Source: Acidobacteriaceae bacterium (GTDB lineage Bacteria > Acidobacteriota > Terriglobia > Terriglobales > Acidobacteriaceae). From it: 64,000 bases of DNA. The notes below the pieces were generated by a model. That model saw nothing but the letters and a program-made list of their open reading frames with translations, ran no database searches and was not told the origin of the DNA. Positions 57,599 to 64,000 of this stretch are shown here, piece by piece. Both the position numbers and the translations under genes were made by a program. Each line of letters opens with the position of its first letter. Position 1 is the stretch's first letter. The stretch is from the NCBI GenBank assembly GCA_003131585.1, contig PKVW01000027.1:16549-80548 (forward strand), given 5' to 3'.

Positions 57599-58312
57599 CT
57601 ATTTTAGCAGTTGCAAGTAACGGTTTTCGCTTTGCGCAGCCCTTGTGGTCTCTTGGACGTACTTAAGAAGCTGGCGGAGGTTCTCTTTTTCGGCGGGATC
57701 CATTGCGGCGAAGCGAATGCGCACTCCCGCGCCAACGCTGCGAGTCACCACTCCGTTCAGCGCGAGGCCCTTTACCCAGATCTTGCCACTCGCGACCCAA
57801 AGTCCGATTTCGACTTTGGCGCCGCCGCTAATGTGGTCCGCGGTTTCTATCTGACAGCCGCCCAAGCTGGTGTTGGAGAGACTGCCCCAGATGGGAGCCT
57901 CCGCGTCATTGACGCGCAGCTCCACGGCCACAAAAGATTTAATTCTGGGATGCTGCCGTCGATCTTGTCCCCAGTTGGGGCTGAAGACATCGGGCTCAAA
58001 CGGAGGAGCGGCTGAGGCCGGGGCAGGCAGCGGCCCCGCTGGAGCCTCCGTCGCTGGGGTTGAGCCGGCGGCGGTGCTGCTGGAGGCTTCTTGTTTGATC
58101 TCTCGCATGGCCGCCAGCAGAGCTTCTTCTCGGCCCTCCGGCGGCGCATCCCGATAAGTCTGCAGCAGTTTCCCAAGGTTCCGTGCCAGATCCGGATCGG
58201 CCAGCAGCCCCGTCCAGTCCGTCCCTGCCGCTGCGTTAGGCTTGGAGTTACTCATTGAAGTGATACTTCCGCTTGTGCTCGCGAACCAGTCCCCGGTTTC
58301 AGCTTGAACCAC
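57599..58312 (-). CDS. PilZ domain protein
   Basis: C-terminal PilZ signature RRQHPRIKSF ... GSLSNTSLGGCQIE. Pro/Ala-rich linker. GTG 58312 is the ORF-track start. ATG 58255 is an alternative. Confidence 0.7.
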   Translation of the reverse strand: MVQAETGDWFASTSGSITSMSNSKPNAAAGTDWTGLLADPDLARNLGKLLQTYRDAPPEGREEALLAAMREIKQEASSSTAAGSTPATEAPAGPLPAPASAAPPFEPDVFSPNWGQDRRQHPRIKSFVAVELRVNDAEAPIWGSLSNTSLGGCQIETADHISGGAKVEIGLWVASGKIWVKGLALNGVVTRSVGAGVRIRFAAMDPAEKENLRQLLKYVQETTRAAQSENRYLQLLK

Positions 58313-58411
58313 AGGTCACCCCTCCACAAGATGACGGAAGTCACCCCAGCATGCTCGCGTCAGAACCGTCCGCCATGCCGCAGCTCGCGGAGGTTTTCAA
58401 CCAAAAGCCTT

Positions 58412-58786
58412 TCAGTCAATTGATTCCAGGCCTTTGAGGTGTTTCTTCAGCGATTCTTGTTGTTCGCCCGTGAGGGACAGGAATTCAAAGCCGTAATGGT
58501 ACCCGCGGCGGTAGCGGACCACCGCTCGCACTTCCCACGGAACGGATGATCCGGCTGATCCGGGAAGCGAAAAGCTCAAGCCGGCTACCTCACCGCCATC
58601 CAGCTCCGCTGGCAGGAGTACGCCGATTCCGGCTTCGGACAAATCTCTGCCGTGTCCCGCCAGCTTCTGGTAGTGATTTCCCAGAAGATAGCTCACGGTG
58701 ACTCGGAAATCGGCGCGGTATCTAGGATGTCGTCTGCGGCGACGGTCGATCTGGTTTCTGGCGGACTTTGGGGTCGAGGCGGACAT
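58412..58786 (-). CDS. PilZ domain protein (single domain, 124 aa)
   Basis: RRRRHPRYRADFRV ... GRDLSEAGIGVLL, the canonical RxxxR / DxSxxG PilZ motifs. Confidence 0.75.
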   Translation of the reverse strand: MSASTPKSARNQIDRRRRRHPRYRADFRVTVSYLLGNHYQKLAGHGRDLSEAGIGVLLPAELDGGEVAGLSFSLPGSAGSSVPWEVRAVVRYRRGYHYGFEFLSLTGEQQESLKKHLKGLESID

Positions 58787-58851
58787 AAGACGAGTGCGTG
58801 CTTTGAGTGCGTGCTTCGAGTAAATGTTGCGTAGCGCTTACGATTGTGTTT

Positions 58852-59184
58852 TTAGTGGGGTTCGAAGGTGAGTTGAATAACCTCGGTAGTTTCTTCGGTT
58901 GCAGCTTCAAACTTCCACTTGCGGACGGCATCGGTGGCCGATCCGATCAGCACCGGATTCCCTCCGAGCGCCTTGGCAGACTTAACGTTTCCATTTGCCC
59001 GAATCACTACTTCCAGCTTGACCACACCAATGACGTGCATGCGTTTCGCGAGTTCCGGATAAACCGGAGCAATTCTGTCCAGTACCTTTCGGTCCGCGTG
59101 ACCTTGCGTCTGAGCCGTGCCGGCCGGCATGAACAGACCGGCAGACAGTGCCAGCGCAACGATCAAACTACGGCCTCGATGCAT
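58852..59184 (-). CDS. Secreted TonB C-terminal-domain-only protein
   Basis: Signal peptide MHRGRSLIVALALSAGLFMPAGTAQ, then PVYPELAKRMHVIGVVKLEVVIRANGNV...AVRKWKF, a TonB_C fold pattern. It lacks the TM anchor and Pro-rich spacer of bona fide TonB. Confidence 0.65.
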   Translation of the reverse strand: MHRGRSLIVALALSAGLFMPAGTAQTQGHADRKVLDRIAPVYPELAKRMHVIGVVKLEVVIRANGNVKSAKALGGNPVLIGSATDAVRKWKFEAATEETTEVIQLTFEPH

Positions 59185-59272
59185 GGGGGACGGAACCTCT
59201 CTTCACTTTATCGGCAGGCGCTGCGCGGTGGAAAGTGTCTAAAGTAACGGGAGAGCCAATCAAACTTCATTA

Positions 59273-59314
59273 TTGATCGCAATATGTTGATCGCAATACG
59301 TTGATCGCAATACA
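59273..59314. repeat. Three tandem 14-bp direct repeats (ttgatcgcaata[t/c][g/a]) in a divergent intergenic region
   Basis: Read directly: ttgatcgcaatatg ttgatcgcaatacg ttgatcgcaataca. Each unit contains GATC and ATTG-N4-CAAT partial dyad symmetry. Located 147 nt upstream of the OMF gene start. Confidence 0.9.
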
Positions 59315-59460
59315 AAATCCCGGCCATTTTTCGTCATTTGCCGGGCATCTTGGCGAAACGCTAAACAGCGTGGGCTCGCGGTAGTGTCCAACTTCAAACT
59401 GGCCAGCCACCGGGTTTTTGCATCGCCAGGTATCTCAAGCGAATCAATAGGGAGACAATA

Positions 59461-60963
59461 ATGAGAAAGGCCGTCCCGAAGACTCTTTTTTATAATGGGA
59501 CTTTTTCAGAACCGGAAATGCCCCGCTTTTTATCTCATCCAAGTCGCAGGCTTCTTGCGCTCGCGCTGATACTGTTGTGCGCCGTCACCGGCCTTGTGGC
59601 TCAGAATTCCGCGCCCGCGCCTTCCATCTCTCTACCCGGGTCGCAGAGTCCTTTCACCGGCAGCGAGCCTGAGGGAAAAGCTACTCCGGAAGTCTTGCAA
59701 CTGGGATTCCCGGAGGCCATTGAACGCGGGCTGCGCAATAACCTCGGTCTGCTGCTCTCCGGCGATCAAACCGTCATGGCGCGGGGTGAGAGATGGAAAG
59801 AACTCAGCAGCCTCCTGCCCACCCTCTCGGCCCGCGTGCAGGAAGACGTACAGACCCAGAGCCTCACTGCGCTTGGCCTCAAGAACAACGTTTTCCCCTT
59901 CCCGATTCCCCGGGTGATAGGTCCGTTCAACTACTTCGACGCGCGCGCCTCGGTCAGTCAGTCCCTGTTCAACTTCAAGGACCTCGAGCGGGAACGCGCC
60001 GCTTCCGAGCGCCTGAAATCCGCGCAGTACAGCTATAAAGACGCCAGGCAACTGGTAGTGCTTGCTGTCGGCAACGCCTACTTAATGGCCATTGCCACCG
60101 CCGCTCGCATCGAAACCACCGATGCCCAGATCAAGAACGCTTCGGCCCTGTACAACAAAGCGGTCGACCAGCAAAAGGCCGGGCTGAGTCCAGCCATCGA
60201 TACCCTGCGCTCTCAAGTGGAGTTACAGACGCGCCGGCAGCAGCTCATCGCCGCGCGCAACGACTTCGCCAGGCAGAAGCTGTCGTTGGCCCGGATAATC
60301 GGACTGCCAGCGGGTCAGGAGTTTTTCTTGACCGAGAAAGCTCCTTACCAGGCGTTGACCCCTTTGCCCCTCGAGGCTTACCTGGAGCGCGCCTATGCCT
60401 CGCGGTCGGACTACCGGGCGGCGCAAGCCCAGGTTCGTTCGGCGGAACTTTCGCGTCGGGCCGCTGCCGCCGGGCACTATCCATCCCTGGATGTCGACGC
60501 AAACTACGGCGACATCGGAGTCACTCCGGCCCATTCCAACGGAACCTGGCAGGTAAATGGGGGTCTGAACATCCCCATCTTTGCGGGAGGGAAAGTTCAC
60601 AGTGATGTTCTCGAAGCCGACGCCCAGTTGAAGCAGGCGCGCTCTCAACTCGGTGATCTGCGTGGCCGCATCGATTATGAAGTCCGCGCCTCATTGCTGG
60701 ACTTGACCTCTGCCGCCGAGCAGGTCGAGGTTGCCCGCAGCTCCGTCGAGTTGGCGGAAGAGACCCTGAATCAGTCGAAGGACCGCTTTTCGGCCGGAGT
60801 GGCCGACAACCTGGAAGTGATTCAGGCGCAGGAGTCTGTTGCCAGCGCTCACGAGAGTTATATTCAGAGCCTTTATGCGGACAGTCTGGCCAAAGTGGAA
60901 CTGGCATACGCCATCGGAGATGCGGAACAGGGAGTCAAACGATATTTGAAAGGCGAACACTAA
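59461..60963 (+). CDS. TolC-family outer-membrane efflux protein (OMF)
   Basis: GGGAGA SD before ATG 59461. Signal peptide. Two-fold repeated coiled-coil/beta layout with family-typical segments (LSLPEAIERGLRNNLGL-like N-terminus, ...SYIQSLYADSLAKVELAYAIG near the C-terminus). Confidence 0.85.
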   Translation: MRKAVPKTLFYNGTFSEPEMPRFLSHPSRRLLALALILLCAVTGLVAQNSAPAPSISLPGSQSPFTGSEPEGKATPEVLQLGFPEAIERGLRNNLGLLLSGDQTVMARGERWKELSSLLPTLSARVQEDVQTQSLTALGLKNNVFPFPIPRVIGPFNYFDARASVSQSLFNFKDLERERAASERLKSAQYSYKDARQLVVLAVGNAYLMAIATAARIETTDAQIKNASALYNKAVDQQKAGLSPAIDTLRSQVELQTRRQQLIAARNDFARQKLSLARIIGLPAGQEFFLTEKAPYQALTPLPLEAYLERAYASRSDYRAAQAQVRSAELSRRAAAAGHYPSLDVDANYGDIGVTPAHSNGTWQVNGGLNIPIFAGGKVHSDVLEADAQLKQARSQLGDLRGRIDYEVRASLLDLTSAAEQVEVARSSVELAEETLNQSKDRFSAGVADNLEVIQAQESVASAHESYIQSLYADSLAKVELAYAIGDAEQGVKRYLKGEH

Positions 60964-60972
60964 CTCAAATCC

Positions 60973-62247
60973 ATGGAACCGCCGACGCAAAGCCCGCCCG
61001 CCGCTCCGCCGGATCAATCCGAAAGCCGCACCAAGCCATTGCCTTCTACGGAACGAGACTTCCATACTCGTCCTTCGCGTACCGCCAGTCCCGGCTTTCG
61101 CGTCGCCGTCGTCGTCGCCCTGATCGTCCTGCTGGTGGCGGGATTCTTCGTCTACCGCTACGTCTCCAGTTACGAATCCACCGATGATGCCGAGGTGGAC
61201 GGCCACATCAATTCCATCAGCGCCCGCATTTCAGGCCACGTGGTGAAGCTGAACGTCGAGGACAACCAGAATGTGCAGGCGAATACGGTACTGGTGGAGA
61301 TCGATCCCGCCGACTACCAGGTCGCCTACGACCGCGCCAAAGCGGATTTCGACGAGGCGCAGGCAGCGGCCGCCGGAGCCGGCGTCAATGTCCCCATCGC
61401 TTCGGTCAACACCAGCAGCCAGGTGTCCGCGACGGAAGCCGATGTGGTCGGCGCCCGCGCCGGAATCTCCGCTGCCCGGCAGCAGGTCGAAGCGGCCGAA
61501 GCCCAGCGCGACCAGGCCGAGGCGAATAGTGTCAAGGCGCAGAACGATCTGGTCCGCTACAAGCAGCTCGTGGACAAGCAGGAGATCTCGCAGCAGCAAT
61601 ACGACCAGGCCGTGGCTGCCGCCAAAGCCAATGCGGCTGCGGTCGAGGCTGCCCACGCCAACGCCGATGCTGTCCAGTCGCAGGTGACCCAAGCCCAGGC
61701 AAAACTGATGCAGGCGGAAGCCAACCGGCGCAACGCTCAAACCGCTCCTCAACAAGTCCAGGTCATTCGTTCCAAGGCTGCCTCGGCCCTGGCACAAGCA
61801 CAGCAAAAGGAAGCCGACCTCGACCAGGCGCAGCTGAATCTGCAGTACACCAAAATCGTCGCACCGGTTTCGGGGATCGTCAGCGATCGCACCGTCGAAG
61901 TCGGACAGAACGTCGCCCCGGGCCAGGAACTGCTGAAGATCGTTCCTCTCAACGATGTCTGGATCACCGCGAACTTCAAGGAAACCCAGCTTCGCCAGAT
62001 GAAAGTGGGCCAACCGGTCACCCTGGAAGTCGATGCCAACGGAAGGAAGTACAACGGCAAGATTGATAGCATCGCCGGCGCCAGTGGCGCCCGTTTCAGC
62101 CTGCTGCCTCCCGAGAATGCCACCGGTAACTATGTGAAAGTCGTGCAGCGGATTCCGGTTAAGATCGTGCTCGATCCCGGAGAAAACAAGGATCAGTCCC
62201 TGCGGCCCGGCATGTCGGTCGCCCCCAAAGTATGGATTAAGCGATGA
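60973..62247 (+). CDS. emrA: HlyD/EmrA-family periplasmic adaptor
   Basis: N-terminal TM anchor, YESTDDAEVDGHINSISARISGHV, long Ala/Gln coiled coil, LQYTKIVAPVSGIV, NYVKVVQRIPVKI. The stop overlaps the next start (ATGA). Confidence 0.88.
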   Translation: MEPPTQSPPAAPPDQSESRTKPLPSTERDFHTRPSRTASPGFRVAVVVALIVLLVAGFFVYRYVSSYESTDDAEVDGHINSISARISGHVVKLNVEDNQNVQANTVLVEIDPADYQVAYDRAKADFDEAQAAAAGAGVNVPIASVNTSSQVSATEADVVGARAGISAARQQVEAAEAQRDQAEANSVKAQNDLVRYKQLVDKQEISQQQYDQAVAAAKANAAAVEAAHANADAVQSQVTQAQAKLMQAEANRRNAQTAPQQVQVIRSKAASALAQAQQKEADLDQAQLNLQYTKIVAPVSGIVSDRTVEVGQNVAPGQELLKIVPLNDVWITANFKETQLRQMKVGQPVTLEVDANGRKYNGKIDSIAGASGARFSLLPPENATGNYVKVVQRIPVKIVLDPGENKDQSLRPGMSVAPKVWIKR

Positions 62248-63827
62248 GCGTTGCCGCTCCGTTCGATAACGCCGATGCCTGGCGTCCGGCAATCAATCCC
62301 TGGATCATCGCCATAACGGTTACGTTGGCGACTTTCATGGAAGTGCTCGACACTTCCATCGCCAACGTCGCCCTGCCGCACATCGCCGGCAGCCTCTCCG
62401 CTGGGCAGGATGAGAGCACCTGGGTCCTGACCTCCTACCTTGTCTCCAACGCCATCGTGCTTCCCCTAAGCGGCTGGCTCTCTTCCATTATGGGCCGCAA
62501 GAACTTTTACATGAGCTGCGTGGCTCTGTTCACCGTCAGTTCTTTCTTGTGTGGACTGGCGCCGAACTTGGCGACACTCATCATCTGCCGTGTGCTGCAA
62601 GGCGCTGGCGGAGGTGGACTGCAGCCGAGCGAACAGGCCATACTCGCCGATACCTTTCCTCCCGCCAAGCGCGGCATGGCCTTCGCCGTGTACGGCGTCG
62701 CCGTAGTTACCGCGCCCGCGATCGGGCCTACCCTCGGCGGATGGATCACCGACAACTTCACCTGGCGCTGGATTTTTTTCATCAATATCCCGGTCGGCAT
62801 CATTTCCATCCTGCTTACCTCGCGGCTCATTCAAGATCCGCCCTATCTCAAACGCCGCAAGCTTAGCGAAACCACCATCGACTACGTCGGCCTCGGCTTC
62901 GTGGCGCTGGGCCTGGGCGCTCTCCAGATTGTCCTCGACAAGGGGCAGCGCGACGACTGGTTTGAATCTCACTTCATTCTGGTGCTCTCGCTGATCGCCG
63001 CGGCCTCCTTGATCTTCGTGGTTATATGGGAGTGGAGGCACAAGGATCCCATCATCGATCTGCATTTGTTCCGCGATCGCACCTTCGCCGTCTCCAACTT
63101 GTTGATGTTCATGCTGGGCTTTGCTCTGTTGGGCAGTACGTTGCTCTTGCCTCTGTTCATGCAGACTTTGCTCGGATACACCGCGGAGCAATCGGGCCTT
63201 GCGCTCATGCCCGGCGGATTCGCCATCATGTTTTTGCTGCCCCTGGTGGGATTCTTGCTCTCCCGCTACAGCCCGCGCTGGCTGCTGGTGTTCGGTTTGG
63301 TCGTGCTTTCCGGCTCGCTGTTCTACATGACTGGGTTCGATCTTCAAATCGATTTCCGCACTGCGGCCACGGCTCGCGTGTTTCAAGCCGTGGGAATGGC
63401 TTTTCTTTTCGTTCCCATCAATACCGCCGCGTACGCCTTTCTGCCGCGGGACAAAAACAATGCCGCATCAGGCTTGATGAATCTGGCGCGCAATATTGGC
63501 GGGAGTGTCGGAATTTCCCTGGTCACCACCATGCTGGACCGGCGCACGCAGGTTCACTTGCACGATCTGTCCCGCAATCTCAGCGCTTCCAACCCCGCGC
63601 TCCAGTCGATGCTGCAAGGCGCTGCCCAAGCCCTGCGAGCGCACGGCGTGAGTGCCGCGGGCGCGACCCTGCGGGCGTATGCTCTGATCGAAGGCACAGT
63701 CCAGCGGCAAGCCGCGATGCTGGCCTATATTGACGACTTCCGGCTTCTCGCTCTGGCCATCCTGGCGATGGTTCCGCTGGTGTTCCTGATGAAAAAGGGC
63801 AAGCCCGGCGCCATCGCGGTACACTAA
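62244..63827 (+). CDS. emrB: MFS DHA2-family (EmrB/QacA, 14-TM) drug efflux transporter
   Basis: LATFMEVLDTSIANVALPHIAGSL, GWLSSIMGRKNFY, RVLQGAGGGGLQP. 527 aa. Confidence 0.9.
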   Translation: MSVAAPFDNADAWRPAINPWIIAITVTLATFMEVLDTSIANVALPHIAGSLSAGQDESTWVLTSYLVSNAIVLPLSGWLSSIMGRKNFYMSCVALFTVSSFLCGLAPNLATLIICRVLQGAGGGGLQPSEQAILADTFPPAKRGMAFAVYGVAVVTAPAIGPTLGGWITDNFTWRWIFFINIPVGIISILLTSRLIQDPPYLKRRKLSETTIDYVGLGFVALGLGALQIVLDKGQRDDWFESHFILVLSLIAAASLIFVVIWEWRHKDPIIDLHLFRDRTFAVSNLLMFMLGFALLGSTLLLPLFMQTLLGYTAEQSGLALMPGGFAIMFLLPLVGFLLSRYSPRWLLVFGLVVLSGSLFYMTGFDLQIDFRTAATARVFQAVGMAFLFVPINTAAYAFLPRDKNNAASGLMNLARNIGGSVGISLVTTMLDRRTQVHLHDLSRNLSASNPALQSMLQGAAQALRAHGVSAAGATLRAYALIEGTVQRQAAMLAYIDDFRLLALAILAMVPLVFLMKKGKPGAIAVH

Positions 63828-63851
63828 TTCGCGATACACTAAATGGCAGCC

Positions 63852-64000
63852 ATGTTTCGGCTCGTCACCATTGAGCGAGAGTACGGCTGCGGCGGCGGTT
63901 CCATCGCCGCTGAACTGGCCAACCGTCTGGATTGGAAGCTCTGGGACCACTTGCTTACCGAGGAAATTGCGCGCCTCGCCCATGTCGATCCCTCCGCTGT
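63852..64000 (+). CDS. Cytidylate-kinase-like family protein, 3'-truncated by window edge
   Basis: ATG 63852. My own translation is MFRLVTIEREYGCGGGSIAAELANRLDWKLWDHLLTEEIARLAHVDPSA, with the P-loop-like REYGCGGGSIA typical of the Cytidylate_kin2-type family. Only 49 codons are visible. Confidence 0.5.
   Translation, partial: MFRLVTIEREYGCGGGSIAAELANRLDWKLWDHLLTEEIARLAHVDPSA

Noticed and set aside
55228-59314. Whether the short tandem repeats (55228-55272, 59273-59314, and also 39133-39173) could be CRISPR arrays
   Set aside because: The units are 14-15 bp and directly abutting, with no spacers. They have only 2.7-3 copies and no cas genes. They are simple tandem repeats.

Overview
GC-rich bacterial chromosomal window, densely coding and mostly operonic. 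I recognise no rRNA, tRNA, CRISPR array, transposase or integrase. It falls into four blocks. (1) nt 1-40351 is a very large surface-polysaccharide (EPS/capsule/O-antigen-like) locus. It encodes two AsnB-type amidotransferases, a fused double GT4 glycosyltransferase, a GT2, a heparinase II/III-like protein, an AlgD-like GDP-mannose 6-dehydrogenase, a WecB epimerase and a Wzx flippase. It also encodes two NodB deacetylases, three SAM methyltransferases (one fused to an APH-like kinase domain) and three FemAB/CelD/GNAT-type acyltransferases. A translationally coupled VOC-FkbH-ACP cassette sits here, with an Sfp-type PPTase about 21 kb away. There is a complete sulfation kit (Sat-CysC PAPS synthase, CysQ, TauE/SafE permease, three sulfotransferases) and two paralogous secreted beta-propeller-like proteins of unknown function. 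(2) nt 40400-47900 is a regulatory islet. It holds two duplicated tandem pairs of 74-92 aa stand-alone LuxR/GerE HTH proteins behind unusually long non-coding leaders, two zinc-ribbon/single-TM sensor-like proteins (GAF; Sel1), an RND-pump C-terminal remnant and a putative OM beta-barrel. (3) nt 47918-57398 is a seven-gene pentose-phosphate operon, tkt-tal-pgi-gnd-zwf-glk-pgl, with several overlapping stop/start codons. (4) nt 57599-64000 holds two PilZ proteins, an orphan TonB-C-domain protein and a TolC-EmrA-EmrB-type efflux operon. The most interesting items are the predicted heavily decorated, sulfated and ACP-acylated polysaccharide pathway, the duplicated LuxR-pair module, and several short tandem repeats in intergenic spacers. 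All functional calls come from motif recognition by eye and remembered family features, not from database searches. Gene content is reminiscent of soil Acidobacteriota-type genomes, but that taxonomic idea is only a guess.
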